Shown here: positions 13,901 to 26,600 of the stretch, piece by piece
Layout of the letters: each line of letters opens with the position of its first letter
Position numbering within the stretch: position 1 is the stretch's first letter
Origin: Tubiluchus corallicola
Lineage: Eukaryota; Animalia; Priapulida
Assembly (NCBI GenBank): GCA_030141605.1
Contig: JAQGDQ010000003.1
Span: forward strand, 2,790,001-2,854,000
Direction of reading: 5' to 3'
DNA: 64,000 nt
The notes under the pieces: model-generated
The model's database searches: none
Told to the model about the DNA's origin: nothing
The model's input: only the letters and a program-made list of their open reading frames with translations
Made by a program: the position numbers and the translations under genes

Positions 13901-16900
13901 GTCTATGCCTTTATTCTTTAAGCGTTGAAAGTTTGTTTGTTGCACCTGTGAAGCTTATGAAGAAGCTCTATTAACAGAAATCATAGTAATAATTTGCACT
14001 GCTAAGCAGTTAGGAGCAGGCAGCAATGATTCTTTGGCCGTTTGCTAATGGCACCTTCCCACAGAGTTGGAATTCCTCTGATAAAAAAATATCTCTGAGG
14101 TTACATTGCTGTGTTGATTACTGCTACATTCACCTCAGTTACATTTACATCGTCTGAAAACACAACATTAATTTTTATTAGTTTTCTCAGAAAGAAACTG
14201 CAATGTTTAGTGTTGTACATCTGCAGGAAGTTTTTAAAATTACAGTATTTGAATTTTCTCTGTAAATTTTAGTTCTCTTCGGCTTTTAGTTCAAAATTGT
14301 GAGAAACAAACATCATAAACTGTTTGATTTGTGAGACAAATATTATTATTTTTTGTCCTGCAATGCAACTGGGAGTCGTACATCTAGCCAAGCACTGTTG
14401 ATTTTGTCCTTAAGCACAACTTAGTGTAACTTAGTAATTGAATGCCATTGCTTTCTTTGGAAGGCATTGTTTCGTATAACGACATTTGACTTAATGACAT
14501 GTTTTGCTGGAACACATTAGCATCCTTAAGCGAGGACTTACCTGTTAATTCACTGTATTAGCATTTTTGTTATTAATAATTTGTTGTTACTCTTATGTTT
14601 GGTGATGTCTTTAGGCTGGAAGGATTCAGCTGCAATTTATTATTGCTTACCCTGTACTGGTATATTTACCTCCGCCAAGGTGGTAATGTTTTTACATATT
14701 TATTTCATTTTTATTATTATGTGTATTAAGTAATAAAATGAATATTGTAGCACACTCATTACTATGGCAATGATCTTGTTGCAACAGCAGGCTTACTGTT
14801 TAAGAGTCATCTGTTTCCCTTTCACCATCGCACAAAATGATGTTATATAAGCTTACTAACTTAAAATGCTATTATGTCATATGTGTTATGAAAAATATTA
14901 AAGATGTACTATCTTTTCTTGCTGATAGCTGAGGAATCTTGTGTGTACTACTTTGTAAATTTGAACAACATGTTTCTTAGTCATTAGGTGGACAGTCGAT
15001 AGCTGGAAAACTTCTTCTGAACTATCTCACTTGGCTGTTTACACTTAAAAGACAATGTAAAAGATATGCATTAAAAATCTTTGTAATCATTTTAAGCTAA
15101 TCATCTTTTATGTTGCTGGCTCTATTTCCAGTCGAATTGCATTGTTTTTCTCAGTTTCTATGGGTCTGCAGCAGACCCGGTTATATGCCAGCACATTACC
15201 AAGTGAGATAAATTTAATGCTGCTAATGATCACTGTTTTTATAACACCTTCCAACCTGGGTTACTCTGCGGAAAATAAACTGTATTTCTATAATGCATTC
15301 TACACTTGAACATGTAAAGAACTGGATGTCACCAAACAGAATGAAAATGGATTGCAGCAAGACTGAGGCAATAGTCTGTAACTCATTACTCTGAGAAATC
15401 TATTGGATTTGAGGCAATTATTGTGTCCGATACAACAATTAGACTACTTGAAAGTGCAGTAGGCACCGCTTAATAGACTCACAGTTAATAGACTCAATCG
15501 CTTAATTGACTCAAAAATGCCTGGAACAGGCCGCTTCTATTTAAATATACATAAAAACTATCGGTGATTGACTCAAATAACTCCGCTTAATTGACTTGAC
15601 TTTTTTCCTTCATCTACTTAAAATAAGATATTTATATGTGCCCAAAGAACCTTTCCTGCTTTTATGTCATCGTTACTTCCCTTTTGTGCACTGTGTATGC
15701 AGAAGCAATCATGTTAAGTACTGTTTTGCTACCGTATCATGCACTAATTTTGCTTTGAATCTGTTACCCACTCGCCCACTGTTGCCCAAAGAGTTTCTGG
15801 AAGCTAAACATTTAATCACTTGCCTCGCGGTTTCCTTTCGATGATCTCATTGCAGATCACATTTCAGGCTTAATGAGTTAACAATCAAAGATGCAGGTAC
15901 AGTGTATAATCAGCTGGTATTCTTTGTGACTTACAAGAGTAAACATCTTACAGCAAGTAACAACAATGTAAGTGAACAGACAATTCAGAACTGTTTTAGT
16001 CACTTGCGACAACAGATTTTCAACGACGTTTTTATAATTACGAGAAGTTTGTGGACTAACTTCTGAGCGAGAAAATGAAGCAGCTGACTTTGAAGGAATT
16101 TTTGCAAGTAAACAGACTGAGTAAAAAATCTGTGATTTAGAAAAGTACAGTTTTTAATTTATTGCTTATTCACTTATATAAATTAATTTTTTAAAATATT
16201 TTTTCTAATTTTTAACTGCACAAAGAAACTTAGGCATTACTTCACTTCTAAAACTCTCACTCACTCTACTTCACTCTCTACTTCACTCTGATGACTCATA
16301 CTTTTATACCTGTAAAACGACACCCATCGGTTAATAGGTTCAGTCGGTTAATTGGGTCAAAACACAGCGGTCCCAAGTGAGTGTATTAAGCGGCGCCTAC
16401 TGTATTAAACTTTTAGGGGTTAATTTGGACAATATACTTTCTTATAGAACAATATAAAAGGTACATGTGCAGCTGCTAACTATAACTTATTGTTAATTAG
16501 GATAATCAGAAAATGTCTGTTGACACAGTTAAAACTGTTATTTATGCACTGGAAATTTCGCATCTTGATTTCTTGAATTTGTTATTATATATGGTTTCCT
16601 GATTGTTATATTGATAATCTGCAATGTGTTCTGAATCAAGCCACAAGAGTATACTATTAAATTGAGAAATTTCATCTTTTGAACTTCAGAAAATTGGTGT
16701 GGCTTTCAGTTCAATCATAGAATTAAATTTAGATTGCTGGTTATGGTGTATAGCTGTTTCCTGAATATGGCTCCTCAAAAGCTTTTTAGTCTATTGTAAG
16801 TTAAACAGTATTTATATATGATAAGCTCAGCTTGTCATCCTGATAATGGTGTCTTTCTGAAAGAGCTATATTATAGATCTATATTCGTAAAGCTTTTAGA

Positions 16901-19900
16901 TTGATTGTTTTCTGCTGCAGGCCCTAGAGAATGGAAACTGTTTTTAGATACTATTTGTAGCTGTGTGACTCTTTATTTCCAGAAAGAGCTGACAACTCAC
17001 CTATTTTATAAGCTTTTAAATCACTCATTGTCATTTTTGTGTGATTTGCCAATTAATGTATGTAGGATGTAGGGTTGTATATGTTTTTATTTTACAAAGC
17101 TGCTTTTATGTATCATATCATTGAATAGCCAATCTGATGTAGTAATGTGCGTGTTTTAAGTGTGTTGATGATGATGATGATATAATGTATTAATGTATGT
17201 GCTTAGACATGGCTAAGGCACCTCTGCCAGTTCAGCATCTCACTTTAGAGGATTATCCTTCACAATTAACTAGGTTCCCCACAACCATTTGCATTAAGTA
17301 CAGAAGCCTTGCAATTGATTTCTAGTCACGTTCTTGTAAAGTGCTGAACTGCATAAGAGAAACATAACTAATTATCTTTAAATAAATAAATCTTTACAGG
17401 AATCTCAATATAAAGTAGGTCTAGGAAGATATTTTATGAGACTATCCATTGACAATAGTTAAAACCGATTTCATTAATTATCTTTCAAACATTCAAAATT
17501 GCAAATATTATACCTTCGATTACCTTCGATGATCAGGGCGAAGCTAATACCTTTTTGCCCATGGTTGCAATACTTAATTATATACATAACGCTGTGGATC
17601 TGGTTAAACACTGTAACTGTTAATACTATGCCATTGTGGTTGGAGTCTTTAGTTCTCTGCCAATAAAGTTCATTCAGGCTGAAATGGGTCATGATACATT
17701 TCAGGATGGTTTTTCCAATACTGATCCAGGTGTGTCTTAAAGTGTGAAGCATTAGTGGCACACCATACCTTAGTATTTAATGAATTCCAATCATTGACAG
17801 TCCTAAACACAAACCTATTCCTGTTTCTGCATTTCGGCTTAATAACTTTATATCCAGTACCTCGTAGATTATTAGCAAAATAACGACCAGGCTGTAGTTT
17901 AGTCAGATTGTTCTTGATACGAAACATCAGGACCAAGCCACCTCTCTTCCTTCGAAATCTCAGTGAGGGAAGTTTCACATTCCTCATCCATTCTGAGTAC
18001 GTCAGATGATATGGAATTAACTGGTTTAAGAATGTAGACTGTGTTAATGTATTCAGTGATCATAAAATTCTCAGTTTGTCTAGATGTTCAAACACCTTGT
18101 GCTGAACCTAAGATTTAATTTTTTATGAAGTATAATTTACTACCAGAACTGTTGTCTGTGTCTCACGTAGTGCTCATTTCTGTAATTTGTCTGTATGGCA
18201 TTGTTTCAGATTCTGGTGAAGTGAGGACTTATTGGTTGCCCCAAGGTCACCATGAGTTCAATTTCTCTTTTCAGCTTCCTTCAGGGTGAGTGAAATTTCT
18301 AAATTGTTGGTTTGTGTGGTGTTTGATTTTCAGCAACATCTTTCAAAATCAAACATGGACGTTTGGTTGTTGCCAATGCTCCAGATAAGGCCCATATTTA
18401 CACATTAATAAGTATACATTAATTTGGAGTAAAAACACATCGGAAATCAAAACTTGGAGTGCAAAAATGCATGGAAAATAGCAGTCCTGTGTTGACAGTA
18501 AAAGTAGGATCTGTAACTTCATTTTTTTGTTTGAAATTAAGTTTCTGAATCTTGACACTTTAGAAGTTTCTAGTTTTGGATGTTTATCTAATTTTACATT
18601 AAGTTGATGGTTAGCAACTCAAGGCATTTTAGCATTTTATGTCTGAACTACAACAGTCTAAAACTTTGAATGAAACTTTGAACATATATGAAATATTACA
18701 TAATATGACACTAAGTGATGAAATACCGAAGTGGCTATTGTTTTTTGCTTAAATGATTTCAATGTATTAACATTGAAAAATCAGCAATAATGAAATTCAA
18801 GCTTGATGAACTTGATGGAAAAATCTTCACAATACATCAGCACTAAAAAAAGTGGGGAGGGGCCAAGGGGGTAAAAAGTTCTCTGTAGTTTTACTTTGAG
18901 CAGTGCAAAAAATTTCAGGTGTAGATTTTGTTTGCACTAAATTTTTTCTGAGGGACTGGTTGTTACTGAATCCAGTTTAAGCACTGCCTTGCAGTTTGCT
19001 CACAGTGAAAACTGAAAAACTAAACTCTTGGATTTCTAGATTTGCAAAGCAAAATTCCAGACTATTGTGTGGGTGTTATCTGAAACAGTTACAAACAGCC
19101 TGTAACTGACTGGAAGTTATAATTCATTTGGAGATTATTCTAATACCTGTATTAAATAATTGATAATAATAAGGAAAATAAACTTCAAATATCAGATCAT
19201 AAAATTTTAGAATGTTTAAAGCATTTAATAACTAAAAAAGTTATTGTTTGAACATTCAGATTGTTACTGGCTTTAGAGTGTAAACTTGTTACTTACATGA
19301 AATTTTTATATTTAGTTGTTGTTGCCATCTTTATTATCATATAAATGTGTTTATAAATAAGCAAGTAACTGGTTTTACTTTTCAAATTGTTGTAGCATGA
19401 TTAACATTTACTACCTTTGTTGATTTTTATTTGCAAGCCTCAAATAACCACTTGATCTTCTTCATGGTCATTTAGTGGGTAAGATCTATAAATGACTAGG
19501 TGTCTACTAGTTTATGGCTGCTTGTGTATTTTGTACAATAACGCTTAAAACCGGCTACCCAAATAAGACATGTGCTTTCCATGAATTGTTAATCAGTGCT
19601 GAACTAATGGAAGCTTTCACAGTAATGATTTCATTGTGTCTAGGGGTATCTCAACATCATTTGAAGGCAAGTATGGAAGTGTAAGGTACTGGCTGAAAGC
19701 AGAGATCGACAAACCATGGTCATTCAATCACAACACCAAACGCGCCTTTACAGTAATCAGTCCCATCGATATCAATCGGCTAGAATATCAGGTAAAAATT
19801 TAATAACTGACGTTTAAATGATTATGCTCGTGACTTCTCTGGTAATTACTTTTCAAACTTATCAGTATATCCGCGAAGATAATGATCTTCCTTAAAATGT

Positions 19901-22900
19901 CACAGAGTTAGTCTCAGGTAAAACAGTGTGATTACCAGAAACTGGTCAACTGCTGCTGATAATGCAACAATTATATAATCTGTGGTTTGGCTGATGTCTA
20001 AACAAGTGACTAGTAATTGAACTAGGGATTAGTTGAGAGCTTGATGAGAATTTTGTAGATAAACCCTCGAGTCGCCAATCTCCATGCCCGGAAAATTAGT
20101 ATGGCAAATTAGTTTACGTTCATAGTGTGAGCCATAGTACAGTATGACCTCTAACTGAACATTATGAAGTATTTCTTAAGCTTGCATTGATATACAAAAT
20201 GCTTCTGTTACATTTTTATTGTGACCATTTTTTAATTTGTATTTTCCTTCAAATTGGCTTGAATGTGCTAATGTTAAAATGCTATTGATAGTAAAATCTA
20301 TTATTTTGTAACTTTCTGGAAATGCTAATAACTTGGGAAGGAAATACCTGTCTGACCATATTTTGTGCTTGCTTGCAAAGAAAAACAATACAAGACTTAG
20401 TTAATAATCAGACTGGTGTCTGATCACCTGTCAAAAAATATTACTTACCATTTTACTGAAACGAAATGCAATTTGTAAGTTCTCACATTTGGCAAATTCA
20501 GTGGAGGCAACATTATGCCTTTCACAGCTTGAGTTACAGACCGGTGAAAAAGTGACGTACACGATGTTTTAACATTGTTTTAAATAGTTAAAACTATTTT
20601 GGAAAACATTTTTTATTTTAAATACAAAAGCTGTCACATAAAGCATTTCCTGTCACAGAAACAGAATCTTACCACAGTTTTTGACACAGTCATAAACGTC
20701 CACTAGTTGTACTTACATTTGTAATGTTCAATTTCAGACTCCAGTAGAAAATAATGCTGAAAAGATGCTTTGTTGTTGGTGCTTAACCTCTGGTCCTGTA
20801 TCTATAAATGCCAGAACTGATCGCAGGGGTTATTGTCCAGGTAACAAAATTTGTTTTAAATTCAAGTTTTGTTTAGACTTAGCTTATAAGTACCAAGTTC
20901 TTTTGCTTTTATTTTGTTTTTTCAGTATGTGAAGATTGTCATAATATTAGTGATGCTACAACTACCATTATGCTAAAACAAGATTATAAACATTGTTATG
21001 TTTCTTTTTCGCTTGTTTTTCAGGCGAGTCAATAGCCATCACAGCAGACTTTGAGAACTATTCATCACGTCCAGTGATTCCTCATGCCACACTATATCAA
21101 ACACAAACTTTCTTAGCAGGTGGAAAGCAACGTGCTAGAAGATACAAGTTTACTATACTTACTGGATTACAAATTCAGGTTATTATTAACGTAAAGTTCT
21201 ATCAGTACCTTCTATCATGTTGTTAACCAATGCATGACATGTAGTTTTGTGCTTTGCATTTGCGAGGGTTCCTTACAAGTTTTTTTTCAAAAAGCGGATA
21301 GAATGAAACATGTACCTGAAGTTAATGGCACTGAAATGAAATCAGAATTTGTTTCTATTTTAATTAGATTGTTAATAAGAGTAGTATATTGTAAGTGCAA
21401 GTTTTGTTAAAATTGGAATCATACATAAATTTGTTTTCAATAAGGTTAGAATTAGAATTCGATGATCTTGAACAACGTAAGGTAATGGCAATAAGAAAAA
21501 TGTAACTTATAGTGGAATTGCAAAATTAGGTCTCAAATTAGGGAGGTCACAATGTGCTGATCACTGTACATTAAACAATAGTTATAGTACCTACATTGTT
21601 GTTTACAGATGATTTAAACTGGTGTTAATTTAATGCATGCTGTCACAGTTTCACTGTGTGCATGTTCATAGTGATGTTTCATGCATAAACAAAGGCTGTC
21701 ACACGTGCATTGTTAAACAATAGCCATGTACTTTTGTTTATAAACGAAAATCGAAAATGATTCTGTATGAGAGTGCATAAAATATTGAATCCCGCACTCT
21801 TTTTTGGTTAACCATACAGATCTAATGGACTGTCTCATAACATGTCTAATAACATATTTCATATGTTACTAATGGGCAGTGCCAAATGACACTGCATTAA
21901 CATACGTAGTTAATATTCACTGATTTATTAGTAGTAGTAAAAGATTTATTAATGATATTCTTTAGTAACAAACATCGCCAAGAGCTACTAAGTGCTCAAT
22001 CAAGATTTATACCTAAAACTTCACTAGCTCATGATTTACAAGTAGCACTTTAAAAAACTTTCTGCAATTTATTTTCTGCAATAATCCAATTATATGTGGC
22101 AAAAGTATTTTTGCTGGAATTATGAATTAGAGGCAATCATTATGTGTACATAGATATTGCTGCTGATTGGTTACATAACTAAGCTATTTTTTATTTTTAT
22201 ATGCAAAACTGCTGCGATTAGTATGTAGAAAAACATCTCAACACCTTCATAAGCTATTTCTGTGTTGCAGCCTGGTCGTAGAGCTAATTGGGATGCACAG
22301 TTACTGAAAATACCAGCAGTCTCGCCATCTATACTCAACTGTTGTTTAATAAAAGTAGATTATACTGTTAGGGTAAGTTCTGATTTGGTGGTTTACCAGA
22401 TATGAGTATTTCTTGAGAATTTGCAGTGTAGTGTAAACTGAGAAATGCCACTTGGTTTGTGAAATTTGTGTGTGTGTAGTTGAAAACATACCGCCTCTTA
22501 TCACAATACACTGTACTGTCCAGTAGAGCCTCTAAGTATATCTAATAAACTTCTGGAGCTTGTTTTCATATGTTGGTTTGTCTCTACGGTTCAAATTAGT
22601 GAAAAATATCCCGCATGCTGAGGTGCAGTTTCTTTGTAAATGCCAAAATTTCGGGTATAATAAATGTTCTAGTATGTAATAACTGTAGAGCATGCTTGCT
22701 AAGTGCTCTCTTATCCACCTATATTTAGATTTGTGTGTTCAGACATGAAAAATATTTGTGTACTTTTTAGCTATAAATAGCACTTGCAACTATAAGTCGA
22801 TTGTGTTACTCTTATACTAAAATGATTTTCAAATGAATGCTGTTTGTTTTACAGATAACGTTGCAGATTCCAGGATCTTACAATCTATCGTTAGATCTAC

Positions 22901-24359
22901 CAATAGTAATTGGAACAGTGCCATTTCGTGCTCGACCTCTTCAGTTTCCACCTATTGATATGCAAGCTTTACATGAAGCTTCAGTAACCTACATGACACC
23001 AGCACCAGCATACAGGGAACAAGCAACACCACCACCACCTTTTGATCGTATGTACTACAGTGAAACTTCAAATCAACTGTTATATATATATATGCAATTG
23101 TTAGTCTACTCGTTTTTCAATTATCAAGACTTATTGATCATAGTATTGTTGCTATTTTCTCTGTGCGAAGCTGAAAATCATCCAAATTTCAGGTTTACAG
23201 AAAATATTGCAATTCATAATGATCCTGACTTAATAAATACTGCACTATAATTTCCAGTTTTGAGAATCACAATCATTTGGGCAAAACACATCAAAATTCA
23301 TTTATGGCAGTATGAAACACTGAGCCAGCTAAGATGTAACAGCCAGGCTCAGATGCATTTGTATCCTCGTCAAGGAGAGAAAAGTACTGGGGCAATATCA
23401 CCCAGAAGTACTTTTCTCGTTGGTTACTTGTCAAGTTACATACTAACCAGATGTGATGCTGGTGAGCTTTGGACGAATGCAGTTATTCATGTATCACCTA
23501 GGCCTCTTAATTAAAACAAAATTTTGAATTCAAGTTTTATAAATTGATAAATATTAGAGCAAGTTTTTGCCATATATGTATTCTGATCTTCAGCTCCTCC
23601 CACCTATGCGGAAAGCGTTGAAGGTGCAGTAGACATTCGTGACGAGGATGATGTGGATGGACAGGAGGGAGTCATGGGAGATTTTACGTTTACACCTATG
23701 TACACTTATGTTACAGATTATCAATACCCACCACACCCACCACCTTATTCTGAGGTATGTATTTTGCTGCACTCATCTTTTAATGTTTAATTTGTCAGAC
23801 CGAATATACATTTTGTGGCGGAAAGAATTTGATGTTTTCTCCTGAAAATTCAATCGCGTTGTTTTGCAATAATTTGGAGAGGCATCCCAAAGGTTTACCC
23901 ATCTAAGTCTTTTCCAGAAAATATTTTTCTTAAAAAAACTGTTTCACAGAAAAAACATTTCGCTGAAAGATTTTTTAACAGAAAAATTACGATTACATTT
24001 TTAGTTGCTAAGTCAGTTATTATAGTAAGATAAACCCTTCGGTTTCTTTCTTTCTGTTTGCTCTTATTTTGTTTTGGAAAAATATGTTGTTTCGAAACTT
24101 CATTGCCACAATTTCGAGTAATTTGTACAATGAAGTTGCTTTCTTAAAATGTCATCATCAGTTTCATTATCATGTATCATGTATAAATGAGATCATTTCT
24201 CAAATGAAGAAGTTTCTTTTACAACGTACTCTGATTTCCATGTAATTCCACCTATTGCTTTTGCTTGGGAAGTGTAGCAGTGTTTCAGATTTAAATTCGT
24301 ACGACTAAGTATCACTAATTTTTCTTTTGTAGATTGACCCATTTGCGAATGCCGTGTGA
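10911..24359 (+). CDS. Alpha-arrestin / arrestin domain-containing protein (ARRDC2/3/4-TXNIP family), 410 aa, 9 exons
   Basis: Exons 10911-11178, 18210-18285, 19644-19791, 20738-20840, 21024-21178, 22271-22372, 22855-23047, 23594-23754, 24333-24359. All introns are GT-AG and phase-consistent (1233 nt total). Motifs: VYYPGQRVSGKV, GLAKVHWTE, HEFNFSFQLP, TSFEGKYGSVRYWLKAEID, DRRGYCPGESI, LPIVIGTVP. The tail carries PY motifs PAPAY, PPPTY and PPPYSE. The exact paralog cannot be assigned. Confidence 0.93.
11240..14544. mobile_element. pogo/Tigger-like MITE split by a LINE insertion
   Basis: The left end TAGTAAGTTCTCGCTTAACGACGC (11240) is an imperfect inverted repeat of the right end GCATCCTTAAGCGAGGACTTACCTG (ends 14544). 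Subterminal TTAACGAC/TTAAGGAC motifs recur at both ends. Confidence 0.65.
11357..13907 (+). mobile_element. 5'-truncated CR1-group (Crack/Daphne/L2-like) non-LTR retrotransposon; RT ORF 11357-13393
   Basis: Uninterrupted 678-codon ORF with KPWIT, NYRPISLL, QFGFR, FLDLSKAFDTV, GVPQGSNLGPLLFLIYINDL, FAND (catalytic FADD altered) and KYLG. No endonuclease domain. The 3' UTR has a stem-loop at 13779-13821, AATAAA at 13881 and a (CTATGT)3 tail ending at 13907. Confidence 0.93.
14930..17182 (+). mobile_element. Old L2-clade LINE remnant, interrupted by the MITE at 15457-16402
   Basis: Across the MITE the sequence reads DTTIRLLES|..KLLGVNLD, then the degenerate L2 motifs KTVIYALEISHLDF, LQCVLNQATRV and WLSVQS...FRL. 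It ends in a (GAT)n tail at ~17167-17182. Confidence 0.6.
15457..16402. mobile_element. pogo/Tigger-like MITE, copy 1
   Basis: TIRs CAGTAGGCACCGCTTAATAGACTCAC and GTGAGTGTATTAAGCGGCGCCTACTG, followed by TA. Repeated TTAATWGACTCA subterminal motifs. Homologous to 28448-29255. Confidence 0.9.
17670..18030 (-). mobile_element. CR1-type LINE 3' fragment
   Basis: ORF 17670-17987 LPSLRFRRKRGGLVLMFRI...FVFRTVNDWNSL...ASHFKTHLDQYW matches the canonical CR1 ORF2 C-terminus. Confidence 0.85.
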
Positions 24360-26356
24360 CACTTCTCTTCGTAGGTGATTTAGAGTATACTTGTGTGAAT
24401 TATCTAGTCATTAACTTATAAGCAAATATTACTTGTTATGATCACTGATAAATTTTGCACAGACATCAATGTTACCATTACAGCGTGCTAGCAGGGGTGC
24501 CAGTGACTGGAACTGTCATCTAGTGTATGCATAATGGCATTGAAGCCATCGTTAAGGCAATGTGCAAGTGCATTGATTCGCAATTCTTTCTAATCATGAA
24601 TAAAGCTTTTTGTATAGCAAAAATGCAATATAAATGCAAGTTAAACAAAGAAATCATAGAGATCTGCAGAAATAGCCATTTCAAGATGTTCAACAAGTTA
24701 AAACTGATGTGTGCAATAAACTTGGAGGAAATGGAAAATAGAGGATACAAGCAATTTTATATATTGATATCCTTGTCATCTGCATTTGGCAATTTGTAAA
24801 TTTGTAGCTTTGTTACAGTGTCTACAATAGTGCCCTCCTTTTTTGTACTTGTTCTGCTGATTATTTTTACACATTACAACTACATTTTCTACAATAATTG
24901 CTCATGTTTATAAGTTTCTTATTTACCTAAGTATATTTTTTAATGCCACTACATATGTACAAGTAAATTTTGATGTATTGAATAGCTAGTGTTGTTATCC
25001 AGTCATCCAAAATTGCAAACAGTATGCTATTTTGGGTGTACTATTTTGTAAGTGAAGTCAAACAGGTCATCATTTTGGGTGTCATAAAAAGCTGTGCACG
25101 ATTTCTAAAAGGAGCAGTTTATAAATATGTAAAACTGTTATTTCTATAATTGTTACAATAACGATGTAATGGATGATGCACCCCACAAGCTTCTGTTGAC
25201 AGCTTGTGCAAAATCATAATATCTACCGCATTTAACAGGTGCTTTAGAAAATATTTAATTTGGTGTGCTACGCATAGGCTTATTGTTACTGTCTTCAATA
25301 GTTTCTAAGTTTTTAATAGAGAAGTATTTTTATAGAATATTTTATGTGATAGTATTTTGCCTGTAAAACTATTTCATTGGTTGTGCAGTAAATCATTATC
25401 GTTGCTAGTATTTATTGCACATATTTAGTGAAAAGTAGAATGAGACAGAACAGTAAATGTAAAATGGCAGGAAACTGAAACGCAATGCAATTATCTATTC
25501 TGTAATTGTCAAAGAAAGAACAGTTATATCATATTACTATTATTGATGTCAAGTAGATAATGCATAACCAGTTGTTAATGCTGCCATTTTGAATTTGTTG
25601 TATTGAGATATCCTATCAGGTATCAAGTATTGTGGTACAATAGTCTGTATCTACCTCCTTTGATTTGTTTTTTTTAAACCCAGGCGCTCTTGATAGAACC
25701 AAAAATTTAAGAAATGTTTTCAAAAACTGACAGGTAAACAGTTTCTCGTTTTGATACATGGCATTCAAATCTGGTTGATTGCTTGCTACATATTAGATAT
25801 TTTATGGAATCTCTACTTGTGCGGCTATTAGCATACATTTTCAGTATCTCACTTTAGCTGCTCCGCATTGGACGCGGCTTACAGGACATGCTGTGGTAGT
25901 TACTACAATTTCTACCTATAGTACTACTAGTCAATACCTAGAACAGTATTAGAAAATAGCCTGTTCAATTTCATAGCTTATAATACTTAGAAATGTATGT
26001 AAAAAGTGTTATATAAAAAAGAAACGTGTAAAATTCTCAAAACTCCAAATATTACCCCAAACTGTCGTACTAGTGCAAATGGTATAATGTAGTTTGCATG
26101 TGATTTCATTTTTGCCATGTTAGACTACCAAGTTTTACTTATTTTGTGAGTTCTTAGTGGGGAGCAAATGATTTTTTAAAGATTGTTGAAACTGTCTATA
26201 TATGTGCTGTTGTCTGTATACATAATATAAATTGTATTTAACATTAACACGTTTTTCTGGTTTAACTGCATCTAGTTATTTATGCCAGTTCAGTGCATTA
26301 CAACTCACCACGTACGGAAAAAATTTATTGTCATACAGTACAACACATTGTTTCAT

Positions 26357-26600
26357 CAATTACCAAACAAACATGATGTGGTGCATTCATTAGAGATACC
26401 AGTATAAGTATGTTGAAAATTGAAAATAGCAAACATGATGTGTACATTCATTAGAAATACCAGTACACGTATGTTGATGCTCAATTACCAAACATCATGT
26501 GGGACATTCATTAGAGATACCAGTAAATGTATGTTGAAACTCAATTACCAAACATGATGTGGTACATTCATTAGAGATACCAGTACATGTATGTTGAAAC
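26357..26600. repeat. 60-bp minisatellite, ~4 copies
   Basis: Unit CAATTACCAAACATGATGTGGTACATTCATTAGAGATACCAGTACATGTATGTTGAAACT is repeated head-to-tail with a few substitutions. Confidence 0.93.

Noticed and set aside
24357-24374. Stop-codon readthrough or selenocysteine at the ARRDC TGA-C
   Set aside because: An in-frame TAG follows five codons later, the context is not TGA-CTAG, and no convincing SECIS was seen.
26357-26600. Possible CRISPR-like array
   Set aside because: The units are contiguous 60-bp tandem copies with no unique spacers. There are no cas genes and the context is eukaryotic.
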